From: Macrostomum lignano
Lineage: Eukaryota
DNA: 38,114 bases
Reading direction: 5' to 3'
NCBI GenBank assembly: GCA_002269645.1
Contig: NIVC01004686.1
Location: 1-38,114 of the forward strand
The position numbers and the translations under genes are program-made. Under the pieces are notes generated by a model, which saw only the letters and a list, made by a program, of their open reading frames with translations, made no database searches and was not told where the DNA came from. Shown in pieces: positions 11,066 to 22,640 of the stretch; positions within the stretch are counted from its first letter, which is position 1, and each line of letters opens with the position of its first letter.

Positions 11066-11634
11066 TAACCCTCCTCTCAAGTATGTCGTCAAGCATGTAA
11101 ACTTATTGTGCCTTGAGGGTTGGTCCCAAAAAAACTGATGCAGATTAGCACTTACGCTCACTAGGAAGACAATTCAAACTCAACTTATAGATGCAATACT
11201 GCAGCAAAAAAAACCAGTCAAATCTAAAATTCATCGGCCTCTCCTAAATATCGCCAGAAAATGCACGAAAAAGTTGATGCCCGTTTCGAAATTTCTCGAA
11301 TGGGAGATTTCTACCAAATATCCCATTGGCCACGGAGTGCAGGAGCTGCATGAAACGATCTAGAAGCCCTGATAGATAGCAAATGACGGTTAAAATAGGA
11401 AATTCAGAGCAAAAAACCCAGATAAGGACTGGAAGCAAAAACGGTCAATAGAGTGACTTACTATACTCTACACTTCAGAATCCTTTCTTATCATCAACTG
11501 CAGGATTTAATAAGAAATTGAGCACTAACTCACTTTGCCAAGACTTAGTGATGGGTGAACTGGCGCACTTAAAATGAACTGGATGGATATGAGGAAGCCT
11601 ATGAGGAAACTTTTGAGTGGCCAACAGCCCTGCA

Positions 11635-12262
11635 ATTGGGGATCTGGGAGACTGGCCCCAACAACTGGGGATCTGAGAGGATGCTGGTCCAGCAACTGGG
11701 GATCTGGGAGGCTGGCCCAGCAACTGACACTCTGGGAGGCTGGCCCAGCAACTGGGGATCTGGGAGGCTGGCCCAGCAACTGGGGATCTGGGAGGCTGGC
11801 CCAGCAACTGGGGATCTGGGAGGCTGGTCCAGCAACTGGGGATCTGGGAGGCTGGCCCAGCAACTGGGGATCTGGGAGGCTGGCCCAGCAACTGAGGATC
11901 TGGGAGGCTGGCCCAGCAACTGACACTCTGGGAGGCTGGCCCAGCAACTGAGGATCTGGGAGGCTGGCCCAGCAACTGGGGATCTGGGAGGCTGGCCCAG
12001 CAACTGAGCATCTGGGAGGCTGGCCCAGCAACTGACACTCTGGAGGCTGGCCCAGCAACTGAGGATCTGGGAGGCTGGTCCAGCAACTGACACTCTGGGA
12101 GGCTGGTCCAGCAACTGGGGATCTGGGAGGCTGGCCCAGCAACTGAGGATCTGGGAGGCTGGTCCAGCAACTGGGGATCTGGGGGGCTGGTCCAGCAACT
12201 GAGGATCTGGGAGGCTGGCCCAGCAACTGACACTCTGGGAGGCTGGCCCAGCAACTGAGGAT
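11635..12262. repeat. 28-bp GC-rich minisatellite, array 1 (cagcaactgaggatctgggaggctggcc)
   Basis: About 22 copies with variants ctggggatc, ctgacactc and ggtcc. Confidence 0.97.
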
Positions 12263-13092
12263 TTGAGAAGGATAGTGCAGAATGGAGTCTTAACAGAAAG
12301 ACGAACTATCTAAAACACAGCAAAACAGTCTATTCGCCAAAATGAAAAAGTAACAAAGAAGAAGTCATGACAACAAAGAACAAAACAAAAACAGGAAAGC
12401 CGGGCGGGCCGGGAAAAATTATTGTAATTTTTAATTTCCTCTTTGATAGACAAATTGTTTTAACAAGTGAATCACTCTCTGGGCTAAGCGATCTACAAGT
12501 AATTGCTAGTATACGCAGCTGAACTTTATAGTACTTCAAGTAGCAGTAGAAGAGAAATCGGACAGAAGTAGAGGTCAGACAAAAAAGGGTGCCTAACGCA
12601 GCTGTACTACATGAAACAATGCGTTTAAAATATATTGAAGAAAAAATATAGAAACTGAATAAAAACATCTGCAGGTGAACGGGCAAAAATCACACAAAAA
12701 TAGTTCGTATTGGTTACATAGGCGCAGCGTACTACTGAAGCCGGGAATTCAATTACTAAGTAGTATAAAACTAACGAAATAGAATAATAGAGTTTGACGC
12801 ACAAGAAGAGAAAAGCATTAACGCAGCACGTGACAGAGTGGTGTTAGTTCTAGAATGTAATACGAAGTTACAACTGCTTGATAGAGATGAGACTGGGTGC
12901 CAATCCAATAGCAATGAGATCAAAGGAAAGCTTTAAAATGTATTGACAAATTTACATTAAGAAATTCAAGGCAAAAAAATAAAATACATGCGATAAAAGT
13001 GCTTTAATATTTGATTTAGTGCTTTTACTAATTACAGATTCACCAGGTTAAAAATACAGTTTTTAACTGTGTTGACTAAAATATGTAATAGA

Positions 13093-13745
13093 AGATCTGG
13101 GAGGCTGGCCCAGCAACTGAGGATCTGGGAGGCTGGCTCAGCAACTGAGGATCTGGGAGGTTGGCTCAGCAACTGACACTCTGGGAGGCTGGCTCAGCAA
13201 CTGAGGGTCTGGGAGGCTGGCCCAGCAACTGAGGATCTGGGAGGCTGGCCCAACAACTGGGGATCTGGGAGGCTGGCCCAGCAACTGACACTCTGGGAGG
13301 CTGGCTCAGCAACTGAGGATCTGGGAGGCTGCATGTCCCAGCAACTGAGGATCTGGGAGGCTGGCCCAGAAACTGAGGATCTGGGAGGCTGTCCCAGCAA
13401 CTGAGGATCTGGGAGGCTGGCTCAGCAACTGAGGATCTGGGAGGCTGCATGTCCCAGCAACTGAGGATCTGGGAGGCTGTCCCAGCAACTGAGGATCTGG
13501 GAGGCTGGCCCAGCAACTGAGGATCTGGGAGGCTGTCCCAGCAACTGAGGATCTGGGAGGCTGGCTCAGCAACTGAGGATCTGGGAGGCTGGCTCAGCAA
13601 CTGAGGATCTGGGAGGCTGGCCCAGCAACTGGGGATCTGGGAGGCTGGTCCAGCAACTGGGGATCTGGGAGGCTGGCCCAGCAACTGACACTGGGAGGCT
13701 GGCCCAGCAACTGAGGATCTGGGAGGCTGGAGCAGCAACTGACAC
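13093..13745. repeat. 28-bp GC-rich minisatellite, array 2
   Basis: Same unit and orientation as array 1. Private variants are ggctca, gctgtccc and gctgcatgtccc. Confidence 0.97.
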
Positions 13746-14229
13746 TCCCTGTGAAGTGATAAAGTAGCCAAAATACCTTTTGCAATTAAAATCCAACTAA
13801 TATTAACACAAGTCTAACTCGTTAGCGTAACAAAAAAGCAAAAACAGTACAAGCTCAAGTTCCTAGCAACTGTAAAACGGGTTGTTTTAACGATAGTTTA
13901 ACTATAAAGGAATAACATACGTAGAAAAAAGCTAAATTATGAAATCTGTTGAAGGTAATTTTACAACTTGTTACAAGTGATATACGGCACATAAATAGCT
14001 AATTAATTAGAATAAAAATCCAGATATAATGCTTCTGCGTGTGTCAGTCAGTATTGTGCAAAACAAAATTATGGCGAAAGAGTTTGTGTCAGCTGATTAT
14101 ACATTTCTCAGCAGCTGTGAAATTCGGGGCTGCTTCACTTAAAGGAAAAAGAGGACTTACTAAAGTTAAAAAGGGCATGGTGTTAAGTATAACAAGCGGT
14201 ATTAATTAATCATCCTAGAAGCATTTTCG

Positions 14230-15610
14230 AGTCAGACTATATAGACAACAATGCGTCAGACTATATAGACAACAATGTGCCAGACTATTTAGATACTAAT
14301 GTGTCAGACAATAGAGATACCAATGTGTCAGACTATATATATATATATCAATGCGTCAGACTATATAGACAACAATGTGTCAGACTGTATAGATATCAAA
14401 GTGTCAGACTATATAGATATCAATGTGTCAGACTATATAGACAACAATGTGTCAGACTATTTAGATACTAATGTGTCAGACAATAGAGATACCAATGTGT
14501 CAGACTATATATATATATATATATCAATGCGTCAGACTTTATAGACAACAATGTGTCAGACTGTATAGATATCAAAGTGTCAGACTATATAGATATCAAT
14601 GTGTCAGACTATATAGACAACAATGTGTCAGACTATTTAGATACTAATGTGTCAGACAATAGAGATACCAATGTGTCAGACTATATATATATATATATAT
14701 ATATCAATGCGTCAGACTATATAGACAACAATGTGTCAGACTGTATAGATATCAAAGTGTCAGACTATATAGATATCAATGTGTCAGACTATATAGACAA
14801 CAATGTGTCAGACTATATAAATCACAATGTGTCAAGACTATATAGATCAAAATGTGTTAAACTATACAGACATCAAAGTCAGACTATGTCTGTCCGACTA
14901 TATAGACATCTATGTGTCGGACTATATGGATATTAATGTGTCAGGCTATATAGATCACAATGTGTCAGACTGCATAGATATCAACGTGTCAGACTATATA
15001 GACATCAAAGTGTCAGACAAGATATACATCAAAGTGACAGGCTGTTTAGATATCAAAGTGTCAGACTGTTCAGATATCAAAGTGTCAGACTGTTTAGATA
15101 TCAAAGTGTCAGACTGTTTAGATATCAAAGTGTCAGACTGTTTAGATATCAAAGTGTCAGACTGTTTAGATATCAAAGTGTCAGATTGTTTAGATATCAA
15201 AGTGTCAGACTGTTCAGATATCAAAGTGTCAGACTGTTTAGATATCAAAGTGTCAGACTGTTTAGATATCAAAGTGTCAGACTGTTTAGATATCAAAGTG
15301 TCAGACTGTTTAGATATCAAAGTGTCAGACTGTTTAGATATCAAAGTGTCAGACTGTTTAGATATCAAAGTGTCAGATTGTTTAGATATCAAAGTGTCAG
15401 ACTGTTCAGATATCAAAGTGTCAGACTGTTTAGATATCAAAGTGTCAGACTGTTTAGATATCAAAGTGTCAGACTGTTTAGATATCAAAGTGTCAGATTG
15501 TTTAGATATCAAAGTGTCAGACTGTTTAGATATCAAAGTGTCAGATAGATATCAAAGTGTCAGACTGTTCAGATATCAAAGTGTCAGACTGTTCAGATAT
15601 CAATGTGCCA
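14230..15610. repeat. 24-bp minisatellite (aaagtgtcagactgtttagatatc) with higher-order structure in its left part
   Basis: Homogeneous 15040-15600. The left part is a 7-unit block of ~172-176 bp containing (TA)n, repeated about 3 times. It ends about 55 nt past the lectin-receptor stop codon. Confidence 0.96.
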
Positions 15611-15661
15611 GACCCCAAAATTGACCCAACAATGCCAGCCTCAACCAAGCCCAGCATCCAG

Positions 15662-16126
15662 TCAACAGTTAGCGGGCATATAAATCGGATTATGAAACGA
15701 GGTGCCACCGCCGCCGATGCTCACGCCGCCAAAGACGCCGCCGCCGCCAGAGCCGGCGTCGAGATTCAACTGCGGTCGGTAACCGGCAGCCCAGCGGCCG
15801 CGCTTCCAGATGCAGAAGCCCAGAACGCCAACGCCGGCAACGCCTAGCGCGCAGACAAGCACGATGACAGTCAGGACACCGATGCTGACGCCGCCGCTAT
15901 GCTGGTGGCTGTCTGGCTCGGCATGTCGGTCCGAGTTGGCCTCAGATTCACCCGGACACAACGGTACCGGACAGAATTCCAGTTTTAATGTGTAGTTTTT
16001 GTTGCCAGGTAGGTTGTGACGCGCGAAACAGACCGGCCGACCGACGCCCAGAGCCAAGCCGTTGACGCCGCCGGTGACAGATGTTGGCGGTGAGCGACAG
16101 AAATTAGCCGCTTCGCCAAGGGTTTC
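15662..16126 (-). CDS. C-type lectin/kringle receptor exon 3 (last): second half of kringle, TM helix, cytoplasmic tail
   Basis: Acceptor ctcacccaag|GAA (phase 0). Reads ETLGEAANFCRSPP..RPVCF..LEFCPVPLC (kringle C3-C6), TM IGVLTVIVLVCALGVAGVGVLGFCIW followed by KRGR, and tail ..TSFHNPIYMPANC stop. Confidence 0.88.
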   Translation of the reverse strand, partial: ETLGEAANFCRSPPTSVTGGVNGLALGVGRPVCFARHNLPGNKNYTLKLEFCPVPLCPGESEANSDRHAEPDSHQHSGGVSIGVLTVIVLVCALGVAGVGVLGFCIWKRGRWAAGYRPQLNLDAGSGGGGVFGGVSIGGGGTSFHNPIYMPANC

Positions 16127-16467
16127 CTTGGGTGAGGTTAAAAAAATATTACTTACGATACATATCGGCAGACGGAGATAGCTACAGTATAGAAAACAGA
16201 CCGATGCATGAAGTTATTTTTCGATACATATCGGCACATAAGATATGTACATTACTACATTGACTAGTTTATACAAAATAATAAACCGGGATGGCATACA
16301 TACAGCAGAGGCCCAAAATACATAAACAACAATAAAGTAAATATTTATATTTTGGAAATTTGGGTAAACAGCAGGAGTAACCATAAACTTATTTATTAAC
16401 TACAATGCCTCGTCAGCTAAGTAGTTTTATATTTCAATCTTATTTTATCAGACATCACATAACTAAC

Positions 16468-17061
16468 CTGACTATTGTCGGTCTCAATATCCACCACCTC
16501 GCTAGCAAACGGAGATCCTATCGGCAGCAGGTGCATAGCCGTATTCGAGTCATTGGTATTATTGTAAAATCGATAAACATCGGTCTGCTCGTAGATCAAT
16601 CTAACTAAATCCCATCGAACGCATTCTCGACCGTCTATAGATCGACTAGCGTAGCCGGAATAGCGCTTAGCAACGCCATAGCAACCGATGTTTTTATTAT
16701 GATTAGTATCAGAGTCTGGCGATGCCAAATCAGCAATAGCGGCAGCCTTACAAACGAATGGTTTCGGCTTGCCGCAGTCCTCGGCTGGACCGCCGCTGAT
16801 TCTATTCAAACCCATGACCGACGGAGTGGCCCTGTTGTACAGTCGGTAACCATAGCAACCAGACAGTTTGTCCAAGTTGTAATGACGAAATTCTGGCAGT
16901 ACATAGTCGAATCGAACAGGATTGAATTTGTCGCTATCACTACTACTAGCAGTAGCCCAATTCAAGCCAGTAATCTGTTCAGTGTTGGAACGCAAATTTA
17001 GCCAAATATCGCTGGGCGGCGGGTTACTGATTGATGAAGCCAAACTGCGAATAAAATGTAC
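16468..17061 (-). CDS. C-type lectin/kringle receptor exon 2: end of CTLD7 and first half of kringle
   Basis: Acceptor cattttcag|GTA and donor CAG|gttagt, both phase 0 (alternative donor GAG|gtggtg 30 nt earlier). Contains DIWLNL..EDCGKPKPFVCK and GCYGVAKRYSGYASRSIDGRECVRWD. Confidence 0.85.
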
Positions 17062-17269
17062 CTGAAAATGTTTGTTGTTGTTATTAAATGTCATAGACTG
17101 TACGTTATTGAAATATTTGCATTTGAACTTCTACAGTCGCTATTGTCTAAAGCAAAAAAGCATCAACTCTGAAAAGAATCGCTAGAGTCATTGCCAACAA
17201 CTCACTAGTGACTATCGCCTCTGGGGCAACTCGTGAATTTTTAAAGACTAGAATCCATCTAATGCGACG

Positions 17270-17450
17270 GAGAGGCAACTGTTGCGTCAAAAGCGCGTCA
17301 CGTCAGTGGTAGAATCGTAGAGTCGCGAAAGAGTCGACCAAGAATCGTTGTGTTGGCGCCTAGCTTTCGCTAGAGATGCGACTCTAATTCATCAACCAAT
17401 GCTAATGCGCTTCAAACACAAACTAACGACTCTACAGACTGTGGCATCGC
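17270..17450. mobile_element. Dispersed repeat (MITE-like), copy 1, in intron 1 of the lectin receptor
   Basis: Colinear similarity to 32390-32625 (tcacgt..gtagaatcgta; tggcgc.ta.cttt; tctaattcat; gactctacag..tggca.cgcc). Internal inverted tagagtc/gactcta motifs. Confidence 0.55.
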
Positions 17451-17746
17451 CTTAAATACCACTTTACGGGGGCAAATCACCTGCGTCGCCCTAAAGCCGT
17501 TTCAGATTTGCAGGCAATAAAACACTTTAAAGTGATTCTTAAGCAACTCTTTGACTTTTTGGCGGCTTGTACCATACCATGACATCTCGTCGTTTTAGAG
17601 TAGTTTAGAGTCATTCCTTCCAAGTTTACCTGCGTAATCTGCAACGACTCTGGGATCACAGATGACGGATTTTCGTGCATACAAGCACCAGATGAATTTG
17701 ACCGAGCACGGAATCTATTCCATAAAGTTAAGTTAATTAGGCTCAC

Positions 17747-20700
17747 CTCAGACGACGCCTCCAACCAAAGTAGTTCAGCGCTATCATTTTTACAATTAGT
17801 TTGAGCAGTTTCAAAATCTGCCGCCGCACTGTGAAATCTATAACACCAAGTTCCATTGAAGGCTACATAGCCATCCTTGCATATCTTAGGCTGCGGAGAA
17901 GACGGCGGTATCACAGTAAGCGGCCTACGGCACAGAGCCGGCAAAGGCAAGCTGCACAGCTCGGCTAAATGATAGCCAGATTTGCTTAGCAATGGATGGT
18001 ATCTAGTAGCTAAACAATGCGTTGACGGTATAGATGGCGCGTGAGGCCACACCAGAAAGTTCACCTTGGAACCGTCCAGCCAATTAAAGGCGCTACCGGC
18101 CCATTGCAAACCAAGCCAGACTAAGCCGGCTCTTCTACCTAGGCTAGCAACTAGGCTAACTAGAAAATCGTGCTGACCAGAAGTCTGATAGGACGCTAAA
18201 TCGCCGTCCAGACTCTGACAGCTGGAGCGAGCATCGGCAAATCTAGCCGGCTTAGGTAGCAGGCGATAACAAGCGGTGTTATCTGGAGTTGCTAGCCAGT
18301 CTGCTGGACAGTAACGCTCAACCTTCGAACTATTACCAGTCGACGGCTGAGAAGTAGAAGCATCCTGATCGGGCAACTTTGACACTAAAGTTTTACACAC
18401 TACCGACAAAGACTCTCCACAATCTCGATCATACCAAAGTCCCGAGCGTAATAGATTCTTAGATGACGAATATTCTGAACTCTTTATAAGTTGCGTCATC
18501 ATCGCGCCGCACTGACCGTAAAGATCTGGTTTGCTATTGTCAAAGTTAACGTACTGAACCGGAGTACCATCTGACCAAGTTGTCAATTTATCTGGAACTT
18601 GCTCGTAAGCTTCGTTCAAGCCAAGCCAAACTAAACCATGGGCTAGATGCAACTTTCTAACAAAGTTGTTCTCAGACTCCGATTCGATAGAAGCCAAATT
18701 GCTAGCATTGCTTGAGTCGATTTTTTGACAGGCAGCAAAAGCTTCAAACCAGTTATAAGTTTTGTTAGTTAGCACCCGATACGAGTAACACCGTCTACCA
18801 TCGTCCGATAGTCTCTGACCATTAATGCTCTGGCATGATTCAGCAAAACTAAGAACTTTTGGCGTGGCGGTTTTCACGGGTGGCATAGTTGTCATGGCAG
18901 CGGATAGAGTCGATTGAACCGGAGTCGAGTATTTATTAGTAACATTTGGCGCAGCCTGACATAGTACAAGCCTCTTTGCAGCGTTGCAGTCATTTGTCAG
19001 ATGCCATATAAAGCCTTTACTACTGTCAGATAAAACGTAGGCGCATTGAAAGGATGATTGTATCTTAATGCTATTAGCTGAATGCGGTGGATAATAATCA
19101 AACTGAGTAGAATCGGTCCACGTCGGATAGAGAAGCCCAGACGAACGACGAATGCTGAGACCAAGCCAGGCTCCATAAGTGTTTGAAGTGGGTAGCAACT
19201 TTGCGACAACGGAGGCCTTAATGCTCGAGTGTAAGCTAGCAACAAAAGCTGATGGAAATAATCCTTGGCAGGCGATGTTGGCGTTGTGCCAATCGGAATA
19301 GTTCGAACTTGTTGCTAGACATTTATTGTCGGCTAAGATAAAACCCCGCGGACATGTTGTCTCTACAATGGCAGTTGTAGCCGCAGTTGGAGAATGACTA
19401 ATAGCCCTCGTTTCCGACTGAGGCTTTGGATAGCGACAAGCGGGTAAAAGATTGGCGCACTGAGCACTGCTATTTTGGTTAATCAAGCCGCCAGTACCTG
19501 TTGAAAAGGCTAGACAGGAGCCATTAGCCTGTGGCAGGCTATCTGGTAGAGACAGCCAACCTGCATCAAATGAAACAGGTTTATCAATAGCGTAATAACG
19601 ATTTGGCTGCAGTCCAAGCAACGATACTAAAGCTAGCTGAGCTGGTCTATCAAACCAAACAGCGCTAGCATTGTACTTTTCCGAGCACCAGTCGGTTATT
19701 GAAGAATTACCAGCAATTGGGGTATCGCCAAGGTAGTAGCAAGAAGAATCAAAATTAACAAATCCAGGCAGACAACTGACGCCACTATTAAGAAAGTTGG
19801 TCAACTTCGAATCGAACGGGTTACTAGCATCAACACTGGCAGGCGTATGACAGAGGCTGTATAAACTAGCGGAATTTGCATTGCAATCCAGACTGCGCCA
19901 TGTAGCTGTACCGTTGCCAATAGCAACGCAAGCCTTGTCAGTCGCAGGCTGATTGGCTGACCATGCAGTGAGCAGAACAGAAGCCTTCTCAGACTGATTG
20001 TGCCACAAATAACCTCGACCAGGCACGAAGCGTAAACCAAAAACCAGTGGATGCTTATCAGCCAACACTGTAGCAACCTGTTGAGCAGTCCAATCATTCA
20101 GCATTGCTGGGAGATAATTTGAGCCAAGACTAGCGCATGCATCATCAGCGATTCCGGGAACAACAGCGTAGCAACGATCAGAGATATAATGCACAGTTGC
20201 CTTAGTTTTGCCAGCAATTTTAGGACAGTAACCGCCTGTAATTTGCAAATTGGAGCTGGGAACTGCCGGATTCACAGCCTGTCGGGCGCAAAGTGCGCGT
20301 CTTGGAGTGGACTCGGATTTATCGAATCTCATCTGTAGGCTAGCACGTGTTGGTGTGCTACTGTTGCTACTACTGTTAGTGGTGCTATTCCCCTCAATGG
20401 ATTCTTGCAGTATTAGATAGCCGAAACCTTTAGCATCAGTAGGCGAAGGGTCAAAGACTAGTCTTAGTGGAGACAGACTTCCATCGATATAAGTATCGTT
20501 AAGCCAGATTACCCGATTATTAACCAGGTTTCGATGCGCTGCAATCCAGTAAGTGCTGTTGATGTTGGTAACATTTAACTGAGAATTCAGTGCTGCTTCC
20601 AGTTGTTCGACAAACAAAGTATCTCGCAGGAATGTCAGATGGAAATCTTTGTTATCGCCAAGACTGCGACATTTTGCCTCAGCCTGTCTGTAGCTTCCCA

Positions 20701-20836
20701 AGAAGCTGTCAGATAGAAATACACAATCTCCAGTGCTACCAACTGAAAGCCAACCCCTGCTTTTAGGGCATGGATCAGCAGCAGTAGCAGTTGCAATTAA
20801 AAGCAGGGCTAGGCCAAGTAGATTGACCATTGCCAT
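17747..20836 (-). CDS. C-type lectin/kringle receptor exon 1: signal peptide and CTLD1-7 (mannose-receptor-like array)
   Basis: ATG at 20836 gives MAMVNLLGLALLLIATATA (signal peptide). Seven Cys-patterned CTLDs (C-x-x-G-W/F..CY..A..C..L..WLGL..W..C...C). Donor GAG|gtgagc joins in phase to give WLEASSE|VHFIRSL, restoring a typical CTLD helix. Total 4149 nt, or 1382 aa plus stop. Confidence 0.93.
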
Positions 20837-21199
20837 CAAGTCTTGTACTGTCTTCCTTTGTAAGCAAAACCAATGACTTCCTTGAAATGATCTAACGTCT
20901 TTGTTTGCAAATTCACATCAAAAAGAAAAGTTCTATGTTGTAGCGTATCTTTGATAATGAAATACAATTTACTATTCTATGTTGTAGCGTATCTTTGATA
21001 ATGAAATACAATTTACTATTTAGCTTGTATCCAAGTAAAATGTGTACTTTTAAAGTTTTTAGATGGCTTTTATGCATATATTTTCTAACTAATTTTTTCC
21101 TAGCCTGAAAAAATAGTGATCTTAACTTTTTTATTTCAAAGTTAAGGCTTTTAAAACAAAATTTAATCAACTTAATTTATGGGGCCAACAAACTAACCT

Positions 21200-22300
21200 G
21201 TTTTAAAAGTAAAAAGTGATACTTTTGTTAAACTTTCAAGTATATCTAAAACATAGATTAGTTAAGAAATGAAAAAAGTATATTATATTAGCCACAATGT
21301 AGATTCAAATAGGGTCTCCATTGAGATAACTAAGTTGATACAGTAACCTCAATAGAGACCAAACTTGATCTAATTTCTAACTGCATTCTTAGGGAAGCCT
21401 ACCAAATAATCCTTTTATATAAAACAAATAACACACTTAGATATGGCAATCATGTCTAGAATGCACAAACTTATAGAAATGGCAGCTATTAGTATATCTG
21501 TAATAGTGCCTAGCATATCTAAAATAATATTAGAGCTTATAAACAAAATAGCCATATCCATAATATACAATTTAATATACAATGAATATACAATTCATCA
21601 AGAAAATTGATGAACTTTTATCATTTATGCCAGACTTAGGCCACTATACCCTTGGGATAATGCCCATAATGGACTAGAGAGGGATAGCAGGCCATCTATG
21701 AATGCAGCATAAAAAGAAACAATGACAATGGATAAATTTAAATTTATGGGAGTTTATAAATAAAAAATATGCTTTTATTTGTATAATCTCTATTCTACCA
21801 ATAAAAATGAATACTATTTGTATATATCTATGTATAAATTTATTTGCTATGTACTTCCAAACTGCTCAACTATATTATACCAAATTTTGCATCTATCCTA
21901 AACTTATTATTGAGAATGACTTAAACTACCTTAAAATTTTCTAAATCTAAGTCTTCTTACCTAGAAAAACTGTGAATTTTTCACTAAATTTTCTATAGCA
22001 CCACTTTAGTTTAACTAACCTTCTTAGAATTTGACACAAACAATCTTTAACTATTTTGATACAATTATACAAAACTTTGAGTCTTAAAATTAACTCAGGC
22101 CTACCATAAGTTTGTTCCATTTGAAGTGATTTCCAGAGATTGACTTTATGTAACAAATAACCCTTTTAGCACTTATATATCTTAATACCTTATGTATTAT
22201 ATCCATTTTGGATGAGAATCATTTAATTACAAAAATTGCATTAAAATTATAGTGTTCCAAAACTATAGCATTTCTAGTCAATTTTGCTAATTTCAAGCAG
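21200..22300 (-). mobile_element. Highly decayed non-LTR retrotransposon (LINE-type RT) remnant
   Basis: Fragments LWKSL..G..LI.RLKVLY..SEKFTVFLG (21947-22156), AFIDGLL, TDILIAAIS..ILD and YLNGDPI occur in the order expected for LINE RT motifs. They are broken by stops and frameshifts. Confidence 0.35.
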
Positions 22301-22640
22301 TTATAGAACCATATCTTTTTATAAATGAGCATCTCATATAAAATATACTATTTCAATTATAGAAGATGATTATTTAAATACAAAAATTGCTTTGTTCCGA
22401 AACTATAGTCACTTTTGTCTCTAGCATCTCATGCAAGGCCTGTTATATTAGTTATATAATACATAGGGCCTATATAGACAATCTATATTATTTTTTAATA
22501 TTTAAAAGATGCAACAATTATTATGTCTACGCATACAATTAAAACACATGGTGGACAGCTGCTATGCATATAATTAAAACACTAGGCAGTTAGCTGATAT
22601 TTGTTTAATATGCTTTATTGGATTTTTCAAACATTAAGAA

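Noticed and set aside
12330-12686. 118-aa hydrophobic ORF
   Set aside because: T-rich low-complexity strand, non-ATG start, no recognisable motif and no compatible splice sites.
11475-13796. Multiple LLGQPP/SCWASLP ORFs (also 30702-31421)
   Set aside because: A 28-bp unit cycles through all frames. The third array is clearly intronic.
14277-15847. IKVSDCLD / ISKQSDTL repeat ORFs
   Set aside because: 24-bp minisatellite translations on both strands with no coding context.
17477-17746. Last 90 aa of the 1120-aa ORF
   Set aside because: Intronic read-through. The donor GAG|gtgagc yields a continuous CTLD with exon 2.
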